Positions 15,171 to 22,393 are shown, numbered from the stretch's first letter. The stretch is 32,000 bases of DNA from Candidatus Saccharimonadota bacterium (GCA_016432445.1 CP066689.1:120001-152000); one strand, 5' to 3'. Notes: generated by a model not told the origin, from the sequence alone. A program made the numbers and translations.

Positions 15171-15752
15171 ATGAAAAAATTCCCCATTGTACTTGATCTG
15201 GAGACAAAATATACCTTTAGAGAGTTTGATGATCCGCAAAAACTTGAAGTCTCTGTCGCGGCCATCTATGATTACCAGGATCATCAGGGCAAAATATATT
15301 TTGAAAAAGACCTAAACAAACTTTTTCCTCTTCTGGAGAGCGCGTCTTATATTATTGGTTATAATGTCCGGAGTTTTGATCTGGCAGTTTTACAGCATTA
15401 TTATCCGGGGAAAGTCGATCATTTTTCCTGTTTTGATATTTTGGATGATATTAAAGAAAAGCTGGGTAGGCGTTTGTCATTAAATGATGTAATATCAGCC
15501 ACTTTAGGTAAGAAAAAATCCGGTCATGGACTGATGGCGATTGATTATTATAAGGAGGGGAAGTTTGAGAAATTAAAAAAATATTGTTTGGATGATGTCA
15601 TTTTAACTAAAGAACTTTTTGATTATGGAGTTAAAACCGGAGAAATCTTTTATTTTACTTCTAAAGGAAAAGGAACAATAAAAGTCAGCTGGAAAAAATA
15701 TATTGAAGAGGATGGAGAAAATGGTAATATGCCCCTAACCCTGCCTTTTTAG
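15171..15752 (+). CDS. RNase H-fold DEDD-type 3'-5' exonuclease-like protein
   Basis: Motifs VLDLETK (Exo I), GYNVRSFDLAVL (Exo II) and YCLDDVILTKELF (Exo III-like). Confidence 0.6.
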   Translation: MKKFPIVLDLETKYTFREFDDPQKLEVSVAAIYDYQDHQGKIYFEKDLNKLFPLLESASYIIGYNVRSFDLAVLQHYYPGKVDHFSCFDILDDIKEKLGRRLSLNDVISATLGKKKSGHGLMAIDYYKEGKFEKLKKYCLDDVILTKELFDYGVKTGEIFYFTSKGKGTIKVSWKKYIEEDGENGNMPLTLPF

Positions 15753-15831
15753 ACGATAGGATTCTCCATGAAAAAGAATAAATTTTTTGATAAAATATAG
15801 ACTGTCAGTTTAAGCACTTTTAAATTTTATT

Positions 15832-15904
15832 TCCCCTGTAGCTCAACGGTACCGCGCCCGCCATCGCAAGCATGAGCTTGCTCAGGCGTTGCGGGCGGGG
15901 AGCA
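15832..15904 (+). other. tRNA-sized chimera: exact 5' 20 nt and 3' 8 nt of tRNA-Asn flanking a GC-rich extended hairpin
   Basis: 15832-15851 is identical to 16162-16181 (TCCCCTGTAGCTCAACGGTA). 15897-15904 (GGGGAGCA) is identical to 16228-16235. The core 15852-15900 folds as CCGCGCCCGC/GCGGGCGGGG (9 of 10 bp) enclosing GCAAGC-ATGA-GCTTGC. No anticodon or T arm can be drawn. Confidence 0.6.
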
Positions 15905-15922
15905 AAAAGCTATAATAAAACT

Positions 15923-16159
15923 ATGTTTTACACATATGTTTTAAAAAGCTATAAAGATAATAAATTATATATAGGTTTTAGTGACAATTTAAAGCAAAGA
16001 ATAGAAGACCATAATAATGGTAAAGTTTCCTCAACTAAAGATAGACGGCCATTAAAACTTATATATTATGAAGCTTGTTTATCTAAATTAAAGGCTCTTA
16101 AGAGAGAAAAATATTTCAAGACAGGATTTGGTAGACAGTATCTTAAAAATAGAATTTAA
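15923..16159 (+). CDS. Small GIY-YIG nuclease family protein (UPF0213/URI-like)
   Basis: FYTYVLKSYKDNKLYIGFSDNLKQRIEDHNNG...YFKTGFGRQYLK contains the GIY...YIG motifs, a conserved Arg, and the Glu in YYE. The start is placed at the ATG at 15923, 6 nt after a TATAAT (15911-15916). The ORF-track N-terminal extension runs through the GC hairpin. Confidence 0.85.
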   Translation: MFYTYVLKSYKDNKLYIGFSDNLKQRIEDHNNGKVSSTKDRRPLKLIYYEACLSKLKALKREKYFKTGFGRQYLKNRI

Positions 16160-16161
16160 CA

Positions 16162-16233
16162 TCCCCTGTAGCTCAACGGTAGAGCAGGTCGCTGTTAACG
16201 ACAAGGTTCGTGGTTCGAATCCACGCGGGGGAG
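16162..16233 (+). tRNA. tRNA-Asn (anticodon GTT)
   Basis: Cloverleaf: acceptor TCCCCTG/CGGGGGA, D-arm GCTC-AACGGTA-GAGC, anticodon arm GGTCG-CTGTTAA-CGACA (27:43 G-A mismatch), variable region AGGTT, and T-arm CGTGG-TTCGAAT-CCACG. The discriminator is G and no CCA is encoded. Confidence 0.9.
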
Positions 16234-17742
16234 CATTGTTGAATTTTTAGGTTGATTTGCGATTATAAAATACGGTTTCTTCCAGTCCCATCGGGCTTTT
16301 CCGTCCTTCCACTCTAAGTTCTCACAAAAGATATCAACCATTTCCCTTTTGTTTTCTGGTAAGGCCAGTCTTAGTCTTTTGGTGACGTGCTTTATGTTAT
16401 CTAGGAACTGGTACATAAGCTCGTCTAGTTCGCTAACGATATTCTCACATTTAATAATCGTATTTCGATAAGACGCTTCCTTTCGACGACTGTCTTCCAT
16501 AAGCCGGTTATAATCAGCCTTCATAAGCTCACCCCCTGAAAAGCGTCGACCCATATCGATTTGAAGATTTTGTTCGGTTGAAATCTTTTCGCCAAACTCC
16601 CGAACTTGTTTTTTAATATCTAGTTTTTGTGGTTGGTTTATCTCCACTACATAATCACGCGCTTCTTTCCAAGTATCCTGGTCTATTTCAATTCGTTCAA
16701 AAGCGGTCATTAAACTATCTTCAAGTTGTTTTTCAGGGATATAGGTGATTCGGGCAATATCTTTACAAGGGGACCGTCGTTTTCCACACCGATAATAGGT
16801 AATACCTTTTTTGTGCGTTCCTGAAAGCATTCCACCACACAGACCGCACTTAAACATACCTGAATATGCGTAATCTAGGTGGGTTGTTTTTGGGTGTTCG
16901 TGATCGGTGATAATTTCTTGTACGCGATAAAATAATGGGGTGTCAATTAAAGGTACATATTCGCCCGCAATCCTTTCTCCGTCGCTTTCGAAGATTCCTG
17001 TGTACTGAACGTCACTTAATCTGTTTCGCCAAGTGTTCTTATGAAATCCACCTGATACTGACTTACCAGACAGTAATCCGATATTTTTAGCATATTCGGC
17101 GATTTGTTCGAATGTGTAGTTACCGGTAGCAAACTGTTCGAAAACCATTTTAACTAACGGTCCTCGTACAGGATCGACAATCCACTTCTTACGACCCACG
17201 GGTCCTTCGGTAATATAACCTAGAATTGCCGGTCTTGCCGGGTGCTTCATTATCTTTGCTTTTGATTTCATACCCTCTATGGTCCTGTATCCGGTATCGT
17301 CGCTTGATTTTTTGGACATAGCAAATTCGATAGCTACCATTAGCTGATCCCCGGACGAATCAGTAAAGACTTTTGTGGGCGTATAAATTCGTTTGATTAT
17401 TCCGTTTTGTAAATACCACAGAATCATTCCACCGTCGGCAAAATTACGCGCAAGACGACTAATTTCGGTACAAACAATCCCGTCGATTTCGCCTTTATGG
17501 TCTTTAAGGTAATCGAGCATATTGGCAAAACTATCGCGTGCGAAAGCTTCATAACCGGTTTTATCGTCTTCAAAAATAGGACCAACTAATTCAAGTTTGT
17601 ATCTTGCTATAGCGTCTTTAACGAAGGTCTTTTGATATTCTAATGAATTTAATTGTTTACTCGCTTCACCTTTAAGATTGTCTTCCGAAGACTTCCGGAT
17701 ATAGGCGACCACGCGATTATATTTTGGTGGGTTATCTTCCAT
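16195..17742 (-). CDS. Large serine recombinase (resolvase catalytic domain, recombinase domain, zinc ribbon, coiled coil)
   Basis: VVAYIRKSSED carries the catalytic Ser and ICTEISRLARN is also present. The zinc ribbon is CGLCGGMLSG...YYRCGKRRSPC, followed by a long helical C-terminus. The start is set at MEDNPPKYN (17742). The last 13 codons (MLPRVDSNHEPCR) are antisense to the tRNA-Asn 3' half. Confidence 0.9.
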   Translation of the reverse strand: MEDNPPKYNRVVAYIRKSSEDNLKGEASKQLNSLEYQKTFVKDAIARYKLELVGPIFEDDKTGYEAFARDSFANMLDYLKDHKGEIDGIVCTEISRLARNFADGGMILWYLQNGIIKRIYTPTKVFTDSSGDQLMVAIEFAMSKKSSDDTGYRTIEGMKSKAKIMKHPARPAILGYITEGPVGRKKWIVDPVRGPLVKMVFEQFATGNYTFEQIAEYAKNIGLLSGKSVSGGFHKNTWRNRLSDVQYTGIFESDGERIAGEYVPLIDTPLFYRVQEIITDHEHPKTTHLDYAYSGMFKCGLCGGMLSGTHKKGITYYRCGKRRSPCKDIARITYIPEKQLEDSLMTAFERIEIDQDTWKEARDYVVEINQPQKLDIKKQVREFGEKISTEQNLQIDMGRRFSGGELMKADYNRLMEDSRRKEASYRNTIIKCENIVSELDELMYQFLDNIKHVTKRLRLALPENKREMVDIFCENLEWKDGKARWDWKKPYFIIANQPKNSTMLPRVDSNHEPCR

Positions 17743-18031
17743 ATTTATCTTTGGTGACGGCTTTATTAAGCTTGTCGAACGTTTCACTAAACGATTGTGG
17801 ACCCTTGCCTTTAGTAATTACCTTTCTAAATTCTTCGAGATCTGTCGTAATAATTCTTTGTTTGTTTTTTATTGTTATTTGGGCTTGTGGTTCGGTGTAT
17901 ATTCTTTGGACGACTTTAACAAATCGCTTAAAGCTACTTAATAGGGGTGGAATATCCTTATCGCCCAATTTAGGATCGCGTTTTAACAAGTGCGATATAA
18001 AATTCTTTTGTGCTTTACTTGTATTTTCCAT
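17732..18031 (-). CDS. Hypothetical basic protein (99 aa)
   Basis: It is co-directional and tightly spaced with its neighbours, with a 5-nt gap upstream and an 11-nt overlap with the recombinase start. It is preferred over the overlapping plus-strand ORF. Confidence 0.45.
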   Translation of the reverse strand: MENTSKAQKNFISHLLKRDPKLGDKDIPPLLSSFKRFVKVVQRIYTEPQAQITIKNKQRIITTDLEEFRKVITKGKGPQSFSETFDKLNKAVTKDKYGR

Positions 18032-18036
18032 ATTTA

Positions 18037-18567
18037 TCAGTTAACTAGTGCCGGTCGACTGTTTATTTCAAATAATCTGTCTATTTCCTGAATAAGTTCT
18101 GGCGGTAAAGTCACTTCTTGCTTGGGTACTTGTATATTGGCTGAACTAACGGTATTAGGTAGCCCTAGCGCGGTTCTTTCGCCTTCTATGGCTGTCTTTA
18201 GTATTCCGGCTAGAAAAGTTAATTCCTTGACGTCCCAAGACCTGTAACCATTTTCAGTAAAAGATTGATCTAACTTATTTAATAAGTTACTTGCCAGATC
18301 TTGAATCGTTCGCCACGTTTTAATATGTCTGGCAATCGTTTGATTTATTAGTTCGACCCGATTTTCGACAAATGTTTCTTCGGCCAAATCGTATAGGTTT
18401 CGTCTACGTTGAAGCCAGTTTTCGTTCTTGGCGCGAAGGCCTACTTCACTTTTGCTAACACCGAATTTATCGGCTACGTCTTGATACGAAGGAATCCTAC
18501 CTTCCGGATCGGGGGTTAAATAAAATTCTAGGGCCGATTCCCAATTTATTCCTTTTGGTCCGTCCAT
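18037..18567 (-). CDS. HTH-containing protein, terminase-small-subunit-like or DNA-binding accessory protein
   Basis: IPSYQDVADKFGVSKSEVGLRAKNENW is an HTH-like segment near the N-terminus and the rest looks helical. The assignment is weak. Confidence 0.45.
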   Translation of the reverse strand: MDGPKGINWESALEFYLTPDPEGRIPSYQDVADKFGVSKSEVGLRAKNENWLQRRRNLYDLAEETFVENRVELINQTIARHIKTWRTIQDLASNLLNKLDQSFTENGYRSWDVKELTFLAGILKTAIEGERTALGLPNTVSSANIQVPKQEVTLPPELIQEIDRLFEINSRPALVN

Positions 18568-18579
18568 AGTTTCTTAAAA

Positions 18580-19305
18580 TCATTTGTTAGCTTGGATAGG
18601 ATTACCCAAAACTGCTACGCCAACACCTTCGTTAGCATAAGCACACCCCACGCTAAAATCACCCAATAATGACAATCTATGGCCCGGTGAACCAGACCAA
18701 AAATCTATAGCGTCTTTGGTTGTGTATGTGTCTTTGATATAGAGTTCAGCGATAGGTGCGAATTTCTTATCTATTTCTTCATTTTTAACCCATTCTTCAA
18801 ATCCCTCGTGTCCTACGTCACCACTTTTAACTTTTAGGTATCTAGCGACAAGGTTATCGCAGATATAAGGATCGAGCTTTAATTCTAATTTTCCGTTTGC
18901 TAGCCGATATTCGTTCATTGAATCAAAAAGTTGTTGGCCTGTGTAATTAGCCTTTTTGTAACCAGAGTTAGCATTTCTATATCCAATTAAAAATACTAAC
19001 CCAATAAGTCCGAGTAAAACGACCGAAAAAACAGCTTTTTTTGTAGATAGACCCAATGGCGGTTTATATTCAGACTTATCCTTTTTTATTAAAATAACGA
19101 GCCAAGTTAATACCATTAACCCGAATGAAATAGCACCGATACCGATAGTAGATAACATTGGAAATAGCCACGGGGTTTCGGGTCCACCTGAAAAATTGGG
19201 ATCGTGTGTCATTCCCTTAGTGGTATAAACGATAATAAAGGCAAAAAATAAACAAGCCAAAGCCCACAAAATTGCTGTTATGTTGTTAATTTTTTTCAAT
19301 TTCAT
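18580..19305 (-). CDS. Membrane-anchored CAP/SCP (PR-1/YkwD-like) domain protein
   Basis: Three to four N-terminal TM helices are followed by NEYRLANGKLELKLDPYICDNLVARY...GHEGF...FWSGSPGHRLSLLGDFSVGCAY, matching the CAP-domain motif series. Confidence 0.65.
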   Translation of the reverse strand: MKLKKINNITAILWALACLFFAFIIVYTTKGMTHDPNFSGGPETPWLFPMLSTIGIGAISFGLMVLTWLVILIKKDKSEYKPPLGLSTKKAVFSVVLLGLIGLVFLIGYRNANSGYKKANYTGQQLFDSMNEYRLANGKLELKLDPYICDNLVARYLKVKSGDVGHEGFEEWVKNEEIDKKFAPIAELYIKDTYTTKDAIDFWSGSPGHRLSLLGDFSVGCAYANEGVGVAVLGNPIQANK

Positions 19306-19331
19306 AATCTACACTTTTATTTTACATTAAA

Positions 19332-21419
19332 TTAAGAAATCTTATTTGGCGCTGTTTTTCCTGTCGATATGCTGATTTGGTAAGCCCCAATCCTAAGTAA
19401 GATACAAAAAATCCAGTGACCGTAATTTAATAGATAATTTTCCCGAAACATTAAGGCGTGGGATACATTATTTCGAAGATTATATCCACCTAGCTCGATA
19501 AGAACATATTTCATAAGGATTAGTAAGTCGTTTCCGAATATCTCCCCGGCGTAAGGTTCTCTTAAAAGTTCGTCGAGTCCTTTTTTTTCGGTTACTTGTT
19601 TGCCACCACGTTCAGTTTTGATCTTATCGACCGGCTTACCAATCGTTTCGTAAAACTCCCGGATTAAGCCTTCAATCTTGGGGGTTAAAGAATCGATAGC
19701 CAGAACAAGATTGGTTCTAGCTTCCTCGACATTGTTATTCTTAATCATTTCTAAAGTAGTAAGATATGCTCGAATACCGGGCCGCAAAATATCTATCCAT
19801 TTTCTTGATTTCAAAAGAACTTCTTTAGTGTCCGAATCGTGTAGCTCGTATTCTTTCCCATACCACAAATGATCGGACATATACTTAATTACCGATTCTA
19901 AATCTAGTTTACCCGCGTCAATTAGTTCCTCGAATAAGACTTTTACCATAGCTTCGTAAGTTATTAAGGAAAACTGATATTGACGTAGTAGGGAATAGTA
20001 TTTCTTTTCAAGTTCACTATCGTATTTTCGCGGCATATTCCCTGAACTATCAAATACGCTGTGGGAAAACAAGGATTGTAGCGGAAATTCTTTATCCATT
20101 TTTTCTGCCTGCTTTTTCACTTCTTCGTATTTTGGAAGGATTGAACCGTCCACGGTCAGCCTAACTAAAAGTTGTTCTTTGCTTTCTTTAGCGATTAAAG
20201 CCTTAAACTGTTCTCTAATTTGTTTCACCCAGTCTGTAAGATCCATTGTTTGACTGAATGTTTGGAATTTTAGATTCTTTTTGGATTCTTGAAGCGTCTT
20301 TTCGAGTTCTTCTACTTTTTTTTGATTACCCAGTGTTTTATATTCAGTAATAGCCTTGATAAGAAGATCCGATTGAACGAAGCCGTCTTTTTTTGCGTTA
20401 GCTTCGTCTTCAAACGAAGAAGCAATCTTTTGACGCCAGTTTTTTCCTTGAAGCCCAAAAACAAGCCGTTCGATTTTCTCGCCCAGTGATAAAAAGTCCC
20501 TAGCAAAATAGAGGTTATTCTTTTTTTCTTGTTCGTCGGCCATTCTTTTACAAATCTTCACCGTGTTTTCCCAGAAATCCTTTCCATATTCTTTCCAGTT
20601 TTCTAAGGCGAACTCGATAAGACGGTGTGTAACAGCCCACCGGGATTCACTTTGATTATCAAAGTTCAAAATCGTGTTAGCGATTGATTGATTTACTTCG
20701 TTTATATTGTGTTTTATCTTCTTGGCAAGAATGTAGGCACTTCTTAGAGCGTTTACTATTTCAAAAGCGGAAGTTCCTTCCGGGTCTTTCTTAACTTCGA
20801 TATGTAACCAATCGACAACCTTTAAGTATTCCGTTATAGCTGTCTGGGCCATTTTATGATCCTTTTCGGTGATCCATAAAAAGTGTGCGATCCGTGACTT
20901 TATTCTTGGGTGCTTATATTTCGGAAGTAGTGATCTGATATAAGTGAAGTCGGATTTTGAAAAATCTTCTAAGTTCGGGAAGGCCCAATACTTGCCATTT
21001 TCGTCCGTCCCCGACATTTTGGATTTGAATTCGTCGTCTTTTACTTGAAAGCTGAAAAGGTTAATAAGCGCTTGAAATCTATCCCTTTCCCTCTCGTCGT
21101 CGAGAATAAAATAAGACAAATCTCTTGCTTCCCGGAAATGATCGCCCATTGTGAATTCATATTTAGCGTCTTCTGCGATACTATCTAAAGAAGCTAAGCT
21201 ATCGTCGATTTTCTTTCTAGCTACTTCTTTGTCGTCTGTTCCAAGCCTAACCATATCCTTAAACCGTTTTAATTTTTCAAGGTCGTATCGCCGATCACCT
21301 CGATCGTTGATTTTTTCGGCTTGAAGTTTTTTAGTCCTATCCCACCGACGAAGGGTTTCGGGGTGAATTCCCAAAAATTCTGCCGCTTGCGTTACTGAAT
21401 AATATGTTTTTTTAGCCAT
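19332..21419 (-). CDS. 695-aa protein: N-terminal MerR/excisionase-type HTH plus a large helical region ending in a HEPN-like R-x4-H motif (DUF4209/Abi-like)
   Basis: The N-terminus is YYSVTQAAEFLGIHPETLRRWDR...RYDLEKLKRF. The C-terminus is LIELGGYNLRNNVSHALMF, with R649 and H654 encoded at 19458-19475. Confidence 0.6.
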   Translation of the reverse strand: MAKKTYYSVTQAAEFLGIHPETLRRWDRTKKLQAEKINDRGDRRYDLEKLKRFKDMVRLGTDDKEVARKKIDDSLASLDSIAEDAKYEFTMGDHFREARDLSYFILDDERERDRFQALINLFSFQVKDDEFKSKMSGTDENGKYWAFPNLEDFSKSDFTYIRSLLPKYKHPRIKSRIAHFLWITEKDHKMAQTAITEYLKVVDWLHIEVKKDPEGTSAFEIVNALRSAYILAKKIKHNINEVNQSIANTILNFDNQSESRWAVTHRLIEFALENWKEYGKDFWENTVKICKRMADEQEKKNNLYFARDFLSLGEKIERLVFGLQGKNWRQKIASSFEDEANAKKDGFVQSDLLIKAITEYKTLGNQKKVEELEKTLQESKKNLKFQTFSQTMDLTDWVKQIREQFKALIAKESKEQLLVRLTVDGSILPKYEEVKKQAEKMDKEFPLQSLFSHSVFDSSGNMPRKYDSELEKKYYSLLRQYQFSLITYEAMVKVLFEELIDAGKLDLESVIKYMSDHLWYGKEYELHDSDTKEVLLKSRKWIDILRPGIRAYLTTLEMIKNNNVEEARTNLVLAIDSLTPKIEGLIREFYETIGKPVDKIKTERGGKQVTEKKGLDELLREPYAGEIFGNDLLILMKYVLIELGGYNLRNNVSHALMFRENYLLNYGHWIFCILLRIGAYQISISTGKTAPNKIS

Positions 21420-21422
21420 ATG

Positions 21423-21465
21423 ACTTATACTATCTACTTATACAGTATATGGTATAATAAATCAA
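21423..21465. promoter_or_regulatory. Overlapping divergent promoters with repeated ACTTATAC boxes and a TATACAGTATA palindrome
   Basis: Plus strand: extended -10 TGGTATAAT (21450-21458). Minus strand: TTGATT (21460-21465), N17, TATAAG (21437-21442). ACTTATAC occurs at 21423-21430 and 21436-21443, and the palindrome at 21439-21449. Confidence 0.4.
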
Positions 21466-21490
21466 GTCGCGTTTTCGACGGGGTATCAAT

Positions 21491-22060
21491 ATGTCATACG
21501 ATCTTAACGTTTCAAAATTAACAAAGTTCAAAGGGAAAACCATATTCCTTTTTGATTCGAGCACGTTTTGTAGATATGAAGAACTGTCTTTGTATTCAGG
21601 AATTGACTTCTTTGAAGTAGTAGGAAAGCTAGATAGGATCGTTTTTCTACTAACAAACGAAGTAATCGTAGAACTAATGAACGGTCCTAGAAAATTTCAC
21701 CCCAAGTTTTTACTAGATCACATAATCAATGTCGACGGTTCAATGGACCATTCCCTGAAAGAAAATAGATTTTTATATGAAAAAGAAGGAAAACTACACT
21801 ATTTGGTATTAAACAAAGTTTCTGCCGTCGATTGGAATCAAGTTCTATTATGTCAAAATCATTCAGATCTTGTACTGGTAACGAACGATAGAAAACTATT
21901 GAAAAGTTCGAAGGTCATTTTAGGCGATCGATCGTTTGGGGCGGCTTCATTGATTTATAAACTACTTGAAATGTATCCGGATAACACCGAACTTCAATCT
22001 TTGGAAATAAAATCAAAAGAACTTTTTAAGCACGAAAAACTAGGTAGTATAAGGTACTAG
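21491..22060 (+). CDS. PIN-domain (predicted RNase) protein
   Basis: The four acidic positions occur in canonical order and context: IFLFDSS (D22), TNEVIVEL, SAVDWNQVLL and LVLVTNDRKLL. Confidence 0.65.
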   Translation: MSYDLNVSKLTKFKGKTIFLFDSSTFCRYEELSLYSGIDFFEVVGKLDRIVFLLTNEVIVELMNGPRKFHPKFLLDHIINVDGSMDHSLKENRFLYEKEGKLHYLVLNKVSAVDWNQVLLCQNHSDLVLVTNDRKLLKSSKVILGDRSFGAASLIYKLLEMYPDNTELQSLEIKSKELFKHEKLGSIRY

Positions 22061-22345
22061 TACAAGTCTGCTACTGTATTATCAAGCGTTTAAGGCTAAA
22101 GAATTACCCTTAAAACATTCGTTTACGAATCTTATGTCTACCTCGTCGGGTAGAATAGGGGTTAGGATTTGGTCTATAAAATAAGTTCTCACCCGTTTCA
22201 ATAGGGCGAGCCAGATAGGACGCTGAGCGTATAAATGCCCAGTTTGTCCCGCGATATCAGACTTTTCTTTAGGTTCGAATAATCTGTAAACAAGCCCCCG
22301 CTAAAAGACAAGTGCTGAACCTCTCTTGAGTGTATTTAATTTCTC

Positions 22346-22393
22346 TTGACAACTAACATTGAAGGATTTATTATTTGAATAATCGTTCAAATA
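22346..22393 (+). promoter_or_regulatory. mer-operon promoter TTGACA-N17-TATTAT with an overlapping 8-6-8 inverted-repeat operator
   Basis: TTGACA at 22346-22351 and TATTAT at 22369-22374. The perfect inverted repeat TATTTGAA-taatcg-TTCAAATA at 22372-22393 ends 2 nt before the ATG at 22396, a typical position and shape for an ArsR/SmtB operator. Confidence 0.55.

Larger units (their letters stand above)
16162..22345. mobile_element. Putative integrated element adjacent to or overlapping tRNA-Asn (serine-recombinase island); right boundary uncertain
   Basis: The recombinase abuts the tRNA and five co-directional minus-strand genes follow, plus one divergent gene. Compared with its flanks the region looks richer in CG dinucleotides (by eye). 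A 285-nt non-coding stretch (22061-22345) separates it from the mer operon. GGTTCGAAT occurs at 16212-16220 and at 22272-22280. Confidence 0.45.

Noticed and set aside
15761-15788. Terminator after the exonuclease gene (ATTCT...AGAAT plus a T-run)
   Set aside because: The stem is only 5 bp and entirely A/T-rich, which is too weak to call.
15832-15904. Calling the first tRNA-like unit a genuine tRNA gene
   Set aside because: After the D-loop there is no complementary D-stem strand, anticodon arm or T-arm (no GTTCRA). Only a 5-bp acceptor-like pairing is possible.
15872-15922. ORF-track start of the GIY-YIG gene at 15872 (MSLLRRCGRGAKSYNKT...)
   Set aside because: The extension is the translation of the GC-rich hairpin. 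GIY-YIG family proteins begin right at the FYTYVL strand, and a TATAAT box lies between the two ATGs.
17724-18044. 106-aa plus-strand ORF opposite the 99-aa minus-strand ORF
   Set aside because: It is antisense to a co-directional, tightly spaced minus-strand gene array and its sequence is hydrophobic and low-complexity. The call is retained on the minus strand, but with modest confidence.
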